Positions 1 to 7,941 of a stretch of 27,640 nucleotides of DNA are shown in pieces. The DNA is taken from assembly GCA_903869975.1 (NCBI GenBank), contig CAIQBF010000107.1, positions 1 through 27,640 on the forward strand, read 5' to 3'. The stretch comes from an uncultured bacterium (GTDB lineage Bacteria; Patescibacteriota; Minisyncoccia; Phycocordibacterales; UBA9973). Position numbers and translations under genes: made by a program. Position 1 is the first letter of the stretch; each line of letters begins with the position of its first letter. Below the pieces are notes generated by a model, which searched no databases, was not told where the DNA came from, and saw nothing but the letters and a program-made list of their open reading frames with translations.

Positions 1-405
1 ATACTCCTCTAATACCGTTTCATTCTTTAAAAAATGCTGACCATTATCAATCTGGAAAAAAATAACTTCGACATCACTCCCTACTCCACGAGGCATTTGA
101 GCGACACCGTTAGGGTAATTATTGGAGAACTTTATACCTGAGGCCTTTACTGCCTCCTCGGGGGATACTGAACGATCTACGTTTTTTACAAAACGAACAA
201 TAATAGGACTCCCTTGTTCAACATATTTTTGCACGACGAGAAATAATTCTTTTGCAAGTGCTTCTCCATTATTAATGAGCGTATTCCCGACAAATTCAGA
301 CGGAAGCTCATTTTGTTTATCCAATAAATGATTTTCTAAAATCGAACTGATACTAGAAATCTGTATCAGATTAATCGGTACAAGCTGAGGGATAATCTTC
401 GACAT
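1..405 (-). CDS. Hypothetical protein, 5' part only (runs off the left edge; at least 135 aa; MSKIIPQLVP...MPRGVGSDVEVIFF...VLEEY)
   Basis: Hand translation: ATG at 405-403, in-frame TAA upstream at 417-415, no stop down to base 1. Absent from the ORF track because its stop lies outside the window. AT-rich. Confidence 0.8.
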   Translation of the reverse strand, partial: MSKIIPQLVPINLIQISSISSILENHLLDKQNELPSEFVGNTLINNGEALAKELFLVVQKYVEQGSPIIVRFVKNVDRSVSPEEAVKASGIKFSNNYPNGVAQMPRGVGSDVEVIFFQIDNGQHFLKNETVLEEY

Positions 406-462
406 AAACCAACATTAAATTGTTACGAACAATAGCGTTCTTATTTAGAAGATACCCTATCT

Positions 463-2199
463 TTACAGTATGTCAAGGATCCGCAACCGTATGGTAGTTC
501 GTCCTGCAAAATATGACTTCTCGAGTGTAGCGACAAGGTCGATGCGCGCACCCTCGCTCGCCTTCTTGGTGAAAGTATCTCCGTCTGCAAAAAACGACAT
601 AGCGGTTCGCTCGAGCTGCATGTCGTCCGTGACGATAATTTCAAGATGGTTTTTTTCCTTACCAAACTGTTTGGTCTTTTTGATCGTTACATTTTTGAAA
701 AGGAACAGCGGTTTTGGATTGCCGAGACCGAATGGCGCGAGCCGGTTTATCATCGTAGTTGTATTGTCATTCACATCGGAAAGCGAAAGTGTCGCGTCTA
801 TGACAGCGCCCGTAGTTACGAGATCTTTTTTGAGCGTATCAAAAAGTGCACAGAGCTTTTCCTCGAGGTGATACACCGAATCTTGAGCGACAGAAAATCC
901 GCCCGCGAGTTCGTGCCCGCCGAATTCGAGAAAGTGTTCGCGTGCAGCCGTCATGAGATCCACAACGTTTACCGCGCCGTTTGAGCGGCACGAACCTTTC
1001 ACCAGGAGCGGCTCCCCTGGCTTCACTTCCCCGATACCCTCCCTGCCCCACACAAAAACTGGCCGATTGTACTCGTCCATAATCTTACCTGCCACAATAC
1101 CCACGACTCCCACACGCCACTCGGGGTTGCCGATAACGATGATGGGGCCGAGTTCGCGCTCGGAGAGTTTCGCTTTTACATCCTTCATAATGCGCGCCAC
1201 GATCTGCTTGCGCTCGTCGTTGATCTTCGTAAGGTGATCCGCAACCGTGCCCGCTTTCAGAGAATCACGTTCACTCAAGAGCTCAAACGCTCGCATCGGC
1301 GAATCCATGCGCGAGGCAGCATTAAGCCGAGGCGTCACCATAAAGGTAATATCGTCTTCCATAATCGTGCGCTGGTCGATACTGAGCTTCCGCAAAAGCT
1401 GCATGATGCCAGGGCGAGGAGATTTGCGAAAGACCTGCATACCAAACGATGCGATCGCTCTATTCTCGCCCGTGAGCGGAACCATATCTGAAAGAGTAGC
1501 CAGGCCAGCCATGTCGAGGAGCCACTTCTCCCATCCCGCGCCAACCTTGAATTCCTCACCATATTTTGAGAGAAAAGCTTGAACAAATTTAAACATGACG
1601 CCTGAACCACAGAGCATCGGATCTGGGTACGCACTTTCGGTATCGGCCCCGATCTTAGGATTCACGACGGCAAAGGCCGCAGGCAGTGTGGCATGCGGCA
1701 AATGATGATCCGTTACTATCACATCCACACCGTGCTCCTGTGCAAAAGCAATGTCTTCATGATTGGTCGTACCAAGGTCGATAGTTATGATGAGCTTCAC
1801 GTCGTCCGTAATAAATTGCTCCACTGCTGGGCGGTTGAGTCCGTAGCCTTCCGTATGACGATCAGGAATATATACGACAAAATTCTCATACCCTATTTTC
1901 TTCAAGAGGTCGTGTAAAATCACTGCACCCGGAATTCCATCGCAGTCATAATCGGCGTAGACAACAATCTTTTCTTCTTTTTTGATAGCCTCATACACGC
2001 GCACAACGGCACGCTCCATATCGTGCATCAAAAATGGATTATGCAGATGATTCTCATAGCTTGGCTTGAGGTACCGCGCAGCTGCCTCCTCTGTCGTATA
2101 CCCCCGATTCACAAGCAGTTTTACCAGGAGCGGCGAGTGCGTTGTGAGCGAATGAGCGCCCTTGGCGGGCTCCCGGGCATGAGTAAAAAGTCTTTGCAT
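463..2199 (-). CDS. recJ: Single-stranded-DNA-specific exonuclease RecJ
   Basis: DHH-family motifs: DYDCDG, YGLN, TDHH, TLSDMVPL, PRLNAASR, KGSCRS, FGGHELAGG, LAPFGLGNPKP. Confidence 0.97.
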   Translation of the reverse strand: MQRLFTHAREPAKGAHSLTTHSPLLVKLLVNRGYTTEEAAARYLKPSYENHLHNPFLMHDMERAVVRVYEAIKKEEKIVVYADYDCDGIPGAVILHDLLKKIGYENFVVYIPDRHTEGYGLNRPAVEQFITDDVKLIITIDLGTTNHEDIAFAQEHGVDVIVTDHHLPHATLPAAFAVVNPKIGADTESAYPDPMLCGSGVMFKFVQAFLSKYGEEFKVGAGWEKWLLDMAGLATLSDMVPLTGENRAIASFGMQVFRKSPRPGIMQLLRKLSIDQRTIMEDDITFMVTPRLNAASRMDSPMRAFELLSERDSLKAGTVADHLTKINDERKQIVARIMKDVKAKLSERELGPIIVIGNPEWRVGVVGIVAGKIMDEYNRPVFVWGREGIGEVKPGEPLLVKGSCRSNGAVNVVDLMTAAREHFLEFGGHELAGGFSVAQDSVYHLEEKLCALFDTLKKDLVTTGAVIDATLSLSDVNDNTTTMINRLAPFGLGNPKPLFLFKNVTIKKTKQFGKEKNHLEIIVTDDMQLERTAMSFFADGDTFTKKASEGARIDLVATLEKSYFAGRTTIRLRILDIL

Positions 2200-2205
2200 A
2201 CAGGC

Positions 2206-2238
2206 GGTATTCTAGCACGCACACCTCTGTGCTAGACT
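2206..2238. promoter_or_regulatory. Back-to-back extended -10 promoters for recJ (-) and the HIT gene (+)
   Basis: Minus strand TGC-TAGAAT (-10 at 2214-2209) and plus strand TGC-TAGACT (-10 at 2233-2238), each 9 nt from its ATG. They form the inverted repeat CTAGCAC...GTGCTAG. Confidence 0.55.
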
Positions 2239-2247
2239 ACAGGACAT

Positions 2248-2661
2248 ATGAAGGACACGAACTGCCTATTTTGCAAAATCGCTACCGGAGAGATCCCTTG
2301 CGATAAAGTGTACGAGGACGCGGATACGCTCGCTTTTTTGGATATACACCCCGTTAATCCAGGCCACACACTTGTGATCCCAAAAGAACATTGCCAAAAT
2401 GTTTTCGAGACTCCTGAGGAAATCTGGAACAAGGTGATGCAGAGCGTACAAAAAGTCGCCCAGGCAATTCGTACTGGACTACCTACAGAAGATCTGAACA
2501 TTGCCATGAACAACGGCACCTACGCAGGCCAAGTCGTATTCCACGCCCACGTACACATCATGCCCCGCCACGCAGGCGACGGCTTTGAACTCTGGCACGG
2601 CAAAATGTATGCGGAAGGCGAAGCAAGCGTTATCGCAGAAAAAATAAAAAAGGCTTTCTGA
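2248..2661 (+). CDS. HIT-family (histidine triad) nucleotide hydrolase
   Basis: CLFCKI N-terminus, DIHPVNPGHTLVIPKEH, and the histidine triad QVVFHAHVHIMPR. Confidence 0.95.
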   Translation: MKDTNCLFCKIATGEIPCDKVYEDADTLAFLDIHPVNPGHTLVIPKEHCQNVFETPEEIWNKVMQSVQKVAQAIRTGLPTEDLNIAMNNGTYAGQVVFHAHVHIMPRHAGDGFELWHGKMYAEGEASVIAEKIKKAF

Positions 2662-2746
2662 GAAGGCCTCTCGCAGGACCCGCAGGGGTCCGAGAGGCGC
2701 CGTTCGCGGGCACGCGAAACGGCGTTGCCTTTCAGAAAGCCTTTTT
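2647..2746. repeat. Structured intergenic repeat, copy 1 (outer inverted repeat enclosing a 59-nt two-hairpin core); likely also acts as a bidirectional terminator between the convergent HIT gene and pgk
   Basis: Outer arms AAAAAGGCTTTCTGA(G)AAGGC / GCCTTTCAGAAAGCCTTTTT. Core 2668-2726 aligns without gaps to 27102-27160. Confidence 0.85.
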
Positions 2747-2762
2747 AATTTTGTCTGCGATT

Positions 2763-3881
2763 CTACTTTAATGCAGTAATTCCCGGCAATGTCCCCTTCG
2801 AAAGAAACTCGAGTGTAGCTCCTCCGCCAGTCGATACAAAACTGAATTTATCCGCAAGCTTCTTCTTCTCAACAAGCACGGAAGTGTCTCCGCCGCCGAT
2901 AATAGTTTCAGCTTTTGCATTCGCAAGAAGCTTCAAAAGAGCCTCAGTAGCCTTGGTGTATCCTCCTTCGTAGTATCCCATCGGGCCATTCCAGAGAATG
3001 AGTTTCGCTTTTGCGATTACCGGAGCAAGTGCTTCAATTGCAGGTAGTCCGATATCCAAAATAGAATCTTCTTTCGTGACGCTTGCAAGAGGAACCGTTT
3101 TTGCTTTCTTCTCCTTACCTGAAACCACTACCATATCAGGAATGATTAACTTCTGATTTTTTATCATGGCTTTCAAATTCGGAAGGTTCTCATCGGTCTT
3201 AGATTTTCCAACCTCAAACCCTTCAGCCTTAAAAAAATTGTTGGCAAGGATACCTCCGATAAACACACTGTCAGCTTCAGCGAGATATTTCTTGAGAAGC
3301 GGAATCTTGGTCTCCGCCTTTCCGCCGCCAAGAATAAAGAGGAATGGGCGCTTCGGCTTCAAAACGCGAGATAGTTCTTTGACCTCGCGTTCAAACTGAA
3401 GTCCTGCATATGAAGGCAGGAGTTTCGCAACACCAACAATCGACGCATCTGCGCGGTGAGAAACAGGGAATGCCTCGTTTACATACGCATCACCGTACGA
3501 TGCAAGAATGCGTGCAAACGCTTTGTCGCCTTCTTTTTCCCCTGGATTGCTTCGAAGATTCTCAAGCATGAGAACGTCGCCATTCTTCATATCCTCAAGA
3601 GCATCCGCAACCTTCACTCCTACGATGTCGTCAACGAAACGAACTGGAATATGCTTTTTGAGTGCGGAGTATACCGGCTTGAGAGACTCTTTAGGATCAC
3701 GGCCGATGTGTGAAATGATCACGACGCGCGCACCCTTCTTCTGAAGAAGCGCGATGGTCGGAAGCGCAACTCGAATACGCGTCGCATCTAAGATCTTTCC
3801 GTTTACGATAGGCACATTGAAATCAGTGCGCACGAGCACATACTTTCCCTTACAGTCCTTGAGTGATTTAACGGAGATCAT
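2763..3881 (-). CDS. pgk: Phosphoglycerate kinase (372 aa; start revised from the track's 4070)
   Basis: VLVRTDFNVP, SHIGR, LENLR, ILGGGK, WNGPMG, GGGDT, STGGGATLEFL. Homology begins at MISVKSLKD (ATG 3881). The upstream in-frame extension overlaps tpiA and is not PGK-like. Confidence 0.95.
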   Translation of the reverse strand: MISVKSLKDCKGKYVLVRTDFNVPIVNGKILDATRIRVALPTIALLQKKGARVVIISHIGRDPKESLKPVYSALKKHIPVRFVDDIVGVKVADALEDMKNGDVLMLENLRSNPGEKEGDKAFARILASYGDAYVNEAFPVSHRADASIVGVAKLLPSYAGLQFEREVKELSRVLKPKRPFLFILGGGKAETKIPLLKKYLAEADSVFIGGILANNFFKAEGFEVGKSKTDENLPNLKAMIKNQKLIIPDMVVVSGKEKKAKTVPLASVTKEDSILDIGLPAIEALAPVIAKAKLILWNGPMGYYEGGYTKATEALLKLLANAKAETIIGGGDTSVLVEKKKLADKFSFVSTGGGATLEFLSKGTLPGITALK

Positions 3882-4656
3882 TGGAATCTTTGAGATTATT
3901 AGCGGTTTGTAATATGGCAACGAATTTCTTGGGCGTGAGACTCGCGCGTCCGGGCAAGAGCCCATCCGCCTTACCTCCGACCAAAAATCCAACGGCGTTC
4001 TTCTCGTCCACCGATCCTCCGTAGAGAATGCGGACTTTCTCCGCGGCGACTGCCCCAAAAATATCGGCAAGTACTTTTCGAATATATATCATCATCTCCT
4101 GACAATCCTCCGGTGTAGCATCACGACGATTCTCGGTCGACGAAAGTGCCCAGACTGGTTCATATGCAATAACAAGTCTCGACAAAGCGGATTTTGGAAT
4201 ACCCGCAAGGCATTCTTCGATCTGCGTCTTCACGACGCTAAGATACCACATGGTTGTATCGCGCTCAGTCTCCCCTACGCAGATAATCGGCGTCATCTTG
4301 TTGGCAAGCACAAGCTCTACCTTTTTGTTTACAATAGCATTTGTCTCACCAAGAGATCGGCGCTCCGAATGACCAACAATGACGTACCGAATCTTCATCG
4401 GCGCAATCATACCCGCAGAAACTTCCCCGGTAAAAGCACCCTCTTTTGCAGAAGAAATATTCTGCGCAGCGAGACCAAATCCAAGAGAAACCGACTTCGC
4501 AAGCTCAGGAAGATACACAAAAGGAGCGGCGACTGCAGCGTCGATATTTTTGAATTTTGAAGCCTCTTTTTTAATACTGAGGAAATTCGTCCGGGCATCG
4601 CGCAGGCTTTTTGGGTTCATCTTCCAATTGCCGACAATGAGTTTTTTCATAGACAT
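3868..4656 (-). CDS. tpiA: Triosephosphate isomerase
   Basis: GNWKM, GAFTGEVS, IVGHSERR, AYEPVWA, ILYGGSV motifs. Confidence 0.97.
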   Translation of the reverse strand: MSMKKLIVGNWKMNPKSLRDARTNFLSIKKEASKFKNIDAAVAAPFVYLPELAKSVSLGFGLAAQNISSAKEGAFTGEVSAGMIAPMKIRYVIVGHSERRSLGETNAIVNKKVELVLANKMTPIICVGETERDTTMWYLSVVKTQIEECLAGIPKSALSRLVIAYEPVWALSSTENRRDATPEDCQEMMIYIRKVLADIFGAVAAEKVRILYGGSVDEKNAVGFLVGGKADGLLPGRASLTPKKFVAILQTANNLKDSNDLR

Positions 4657-4662
4657 GCGCCG

Positions 4663-4671
4663 ATTATATCA
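4663..4671 (-). promoter_or_regulatory. Extended -10 promoter for tpiA-pgk (probably leaderless mRNA)
   Basis: Minus strand TGA-TATAAT; the -10 hexamer ends 6 nt before the ATG at 4656; no SD. Confidence 0.55.
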
Positions 4672-4679
4672 CGACCACG

Positions 4680-5102
4680 CTATCTCGTCTGCGCCCACGA
4701 GCGTATGGAGAAATCACCAAGTGTCCCGTTCCCCACGCGAATCGTAGCGCGGTGCTGGCTATTTTGGACATTCCCCGTTGAAACGATCTCCTCCGTCGTG
4801 CTGTCATAAAAATCAATGGTTGCGACAGCGGTAGCCGCGCCAATAGAGAGCGTCGAACCAGAAGACGGGAGCATATTCTTATACCTATAATAGAGGTCTT
4901 CCCCGGCCGATTCAGCCATAAAATAGCTCGCATGCGAAGCGAATGCCTGATTTGCCGTATGAAACTCTCGAGCGGACGGGCCTGTAAGGCCAAGTACTAC
5001 AAGGACTGAGGCCGCAATAAAGAAAATAACCGAGATCATCATCGCAGCACCTCGCTCAGCGTTTCGAGAATATATACCTGTTTTTTTGAATATATGTTTC
5101 AT
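4680..5102 (-). CDS. PilX/GspK-like minor pilin
   Basis: Class III signal ERG|AAMMI lacking Glu+5 (typical of PilX/GspK), hydrophobic helix, SYFMAESAGED; last gene of the minor pilin run. Confidence 0.75.
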   Translation of the reverse strand: MKHIFKKTGIYSRNAERGAAMMISVIFFIAASVLVVLGLTGPSAREFHTANQAFASHASYFMAESAGEDLYYRYKNMLPSSGSTLSIGAATAVATIDFYDSTTEEIVSTGNVQNSQHRATIRVGNGTLGDFSIRSWAQTR

Positions 5103-5107
5103 ACAGA

Positions 5108-5659
5108 TTATGGGTGAGCGTAGCTTCCACGAAGCGCAGCAGTCTCAGAAACGGAAACAGTACGTCCGCTCGGTGAACGGAGAGATCGCACTGTCATCTC
5201 AACACGAACCGCACTTCCGGCTGTGGTTGTGATGGTACGGAAAACGAGAGACGTTACCGCAATCCTGCCTCCCGTAAGATCTCGCGGTTCAGTGTCCGTA
5301 CTGTCAGCTATTTGGAGTACTCCGCCACTCAGTGCAAACGTAACTGTTTTCGGTGAGCCGCTACCGTCGAGCGCATTGAGTACCAGTGTTCCAGGCGTCA
5401 TATCAAGCACGCTTGATCCACCATCAATACTCTCAGCATTACGAAATTCACGAACCATACGCTCAGTAGCAACATGGACAGCATCGAGCAGGTCGTCGTT
5501 CACTCGAACTTCAGTGTATGCGCGTGACAAGCCAGCAAGAGCACCGACGAGTACCGTAGAGAGCGTTATAAAAAGCGCCATATATACCACCATCTCCACG
5601 AGTGAGTACCCCCCCGCCATTTTGCGCCCCCGTTTTTTTGTATGCAAAAATGAAACCAT
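5108..5659 (-). CDS. Type IV minor pilin, PilW/GspJ-like
   Basis: Basic leader then GG|YSLVEMVVYMALF (Glu+5). Confidence 0.85.
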   Translation of the reverse strand: MVSFLHTKKRGRKMAGGYSLVEMVVYMALFITLSTVLVGALAGLSRAYTEVRVNDDLLDAVHVATERMVREFRNAESIDGGSSVLDMTPGTLVLNALDGSGSPKTVTFALSGGVLQIADSTDTEPRDLTGGRIAVTSLVFRTITTTAGSAVRVEMTVRSLRSPSGRTVSVSETAALRGSYAHP

Positions 5660-5662
5660 GGA

Positions 5663-6202
5663 TTATATAAAAATGTTCATGAGATAGAACGAAAGCGACC
5701 GAGAGATATCACGTCCATCGCTCGTCGTCCATGTTACATGAGCGGTGATACGCTTTGCATCCGCATCAGGACTACCGCTCGGAGAAATCTCCCCCGACCC
5801 TGCTTCACGGAGTACTTCTTCTACTGTAATCGAACGCGTATACATCCCAACCACTCCATCACTCGAACTCGTCGAAAGCAACCAGGTGTTGGTACTCGAA
5901 TCAAAAGTTGGATAGTAGGTCGTAGCCGGATCAAGCGCAGCAATATCTGCCCACGAATCATCCCGTACGACGCGCACCGCTTCAGCCGCCTCCTCAAGCA
6001 CGGTCGAAGCGACATAGGTGTCGAGCGAGGTGTGAGATATGACCAATGACTGTCCCGCAATATAAATCACCGAAACCAGAGAAAGCGAAATAATCCCTGT
6101 AGCAATGACGATCTCTACGAGGTTGAACCCCTCTTGCCGTTGAGACAGGAAGTTTTTTGAGCGAACAGGCCTTTGTGCTCTATCAGTAATTCGCATATGC
6201 AA
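5663..6202 (-). CDS. Type IV minor pilin, PilV/GspI-like
   Basis: Basic leader then EG|FNLVEIVIATGII (Glu+5). Confidence 0.85.
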   Translation of the reverse strand: MHMRITDRAQRPVRSKNFLSQRQEGFNLVEIVIATGIISLSLVSVIYIAGQSLVISHTSLDTYVASTVLEEAAEAVRVVRDDSWADIAALDPATTYYPTFDSSTNTWLLSTSSSDGVVGMYTRSITVEEVLREAGSGEISPSGSPDADAKRITAHVTWTTSDGRDISRSLSFYLMNIFI

Positions 6203-6214
6203 TTCTCGGAACTA

Positions 6215-6706
6215 TTACCGGCTGCTTGATACGGCACCCGCGCGAGAAACAGTCACCGTCTTTTGACCAAGAGTCGAAGTAAGACGCTTGATTACAAACG
6301 TTCCATATCCAGTAGTATCCCCCATCCCTTCCTCAAACACAATATCATCTCCTCCGCCACTCAAAGTAATCACATCGATCTTCACGCGCACATCAAGCGG
6401 TACCGGCTGGTTGCCCACAGCGCCCACTGAATATGTCGGCCCCGAAAATAACACCGCCTGCCGTTCCTCAAGATGCACTCCATAGTAAGTACCTCCCTCT
6501 GCAGCCACCGTGCGCGATCGTGCTTGGTTGATCAAAGCAACAACTTCATCCACTCCATTATTAAGCGCCTGCGTCTCACTGAAGCGAGACAAACTCAATG
6601 CCGTGATACTCGCGAGTATGACAACAACAGCGATGCCAATAATCAGCTCAAGCAGCATATAGCCACCACGTGCGCCTTTGAGTTGAGTACCAATCGATGT
6701 TCGCAT
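6215..6706 (-). CDS. Type IV minor pilin, FimT/FimU/GspH-like
   Basis: GG|YMLLELIIGIAVVVILA, then LINQARSRTVA, typical of FimT/GspH. Confidence 0.85.
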   Translation of the reverse strand: MRTSIGTQLKGARGGYMLLELIIGIAVVVILASITALSLSRFSETQALNNGVDEVVALINQARSRTVAAEGGTYYGVHLEERQAVLFSGPTYSVGAVGNQPVPLDVRVKIDVITLSGGGDDIVFEEGMGDTTGYGTFVIKRLTSTLGQKTVTVSRAGAVSSSR

Positions 6707-6715
6707 AAAAATTCC

Positions 6716-7936
6716 TTATGATGCCGTGAGCGTACTGACCAATCCGTACATTGGCGCGATCATGGATACCGCAAAGAATCCAACCGCAGCACCAATGAAC
6801 ACCATAAGCACCGGCTCGATAATTGTCGAGAGGTTCTTGGTCTGTGCGTCGACCTCTTCTTCGTAGTAAGTAGCAACATCTCCGAGCATCTGCGTAAGCG
6901 CGCCCGTCTCTTCTCCCACAGCAACCATCTCTCCCACCATGACAGGATACAAGTCCGGCTGCGCCTTAAAGACATTTGAAAGCACTTCACCGCGCTGAAC
7001 AGCGCTGTTTGCCGACTCAAGGACGTCCTTGTAATAGCTATTCTGTACAACATCCTTGGTAATCGAAAGCGCGCGAGTCATTTCGACACCAGCAGAAAGG
7101 AGCGATGAGAGTGTACGCGCAGTACGCGCAGTGTTTACCTCACGCACAATACTTTTAATGCCGGGAAGCATAAGTACAATACGATCATTCGTACGGCGCA
7201 TACGTTTTGATTTCACAAACAAGGTAACGAGGGCAATACATCCAAACATACCCCCGAGGAACTGAAGTGGGTGTGTCGAAACCGTATCCGATACCGCAAT
7301 AACAAAGCGTGTTGATGCTGGAAGTGTCGTGCCGAAATCGCTGAATATTTTTGTGAGCGTCGGTACCACAAAAATAAGCATCAATATACCGATGATTATG
7401 ATAGCCGAAACGATAATAGCCGGGTACATGAGAGCGCTTTTTACTTTACGATTAAGCTCAAATGATTTTTCTAGATTCACGCCAATATCCTTGAGAGCGC
7501 CCGACATGTTCCCCGACTCCTCGCCAGCATGCACCATAGACACGAACAGTGGCGCAAATACTTTTGGATATTTTGAAAGACCAAGAGAAAGCGTACCTCC
7601 TTGGTTGATCGTCGCAAGAAGCCCATCGAGTACGATATCAAATGCGGGGTTTTTGTTTTGTTTCTTTTCTACTTCAATTGCGCGAAAAAGTGGCAACCCT
7701 GCCGAAAGCATCCCCGAGAGGTTGTGCGTAAAAACCACTTTTTCTCGTAACGTTACCCGGGAAAAAAATCGTTCAAAACTAAGAGAAAACGCGCTCTTGG
7801 TAGCGATAGGCTTCACTGAAAGTGGTATCTGACTGCGTCCGCGCAACTCTTTCGCAACGCCGAAACGATCCTCCGCTTCAAGCGTACCACTCACAATCTC
7901 GCCCTGCGCGTCACGCGCTGTGTAATTGAATAGCAT
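6716..7936 (-). CDS. pilC: Type IV pilus platform protein PilC (GspF family)
   Basis: Two GspF repeats (AGEESGNM; VGEETGAL...IEP), YPAII, three TM segments. Confidence 0.95.
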   Translation of the reverse strand: MLFNYTARDAQGEIVSGTLEAEDRFGVAKELRGRSQIPLSVKPIATKSAFSLSFERFFSRVTLREKVVFTHNLSGMLSAGLPLFRAIEVEKKQNKNPAFDIVLDGLLATINQGGTLSLGLSKYPKVFAPLFVSMVHAGEESGNMSGALKDIGVNLEKSFELNRKVKSALMYPAIIVSAIIIIGILMLIFVVPTLTKIFSDFGTTLPASTRFVIAVSDTVSTHPLQFLGGMFGCIALVTLFVKSKRMRRTNDRIVLMLPGIKSIVREVNTARTARTLSSLLSAGVEMTRALSITKDVVQNSYYKDVLESANSAVQRGEVLSNVFKAQPDLYPVMVGEMVAVGEETGALTQMLGDVATYYEEEVDAQTKNLSTIIEPVLMVFIGAAVGFFAVSMIAPMYGLVSTLTAS

Positions 7937-7941
7937 AAATA

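Noticed and set aside
2659-2661. Alternative genetic code (UGA = Gly, as in Gracilibacteria/Absconditabacteria)
   Set aside because: All recognised genes are full length under code 11, the HIT gene ends naturally at TGA, and the tRNA-Gly anticodons seen are TCC and GCC. Only this window was examined.
3960-3990. TpiA phosphate-loop variant LLPGRASL instead of LVGGASL as a sign of inactivation
   Set aside because: Catalytic Lys, His and Glu are intact and the gene is coupled to pgk; one substitution is not enough to claim altered function.
3882-4070. 63-aa N-terminal extension of PGK in the ORF track
   Set aside because: Lies inside tpiA in another frame, has no PGK similarity, and a natural start exists at 3881.
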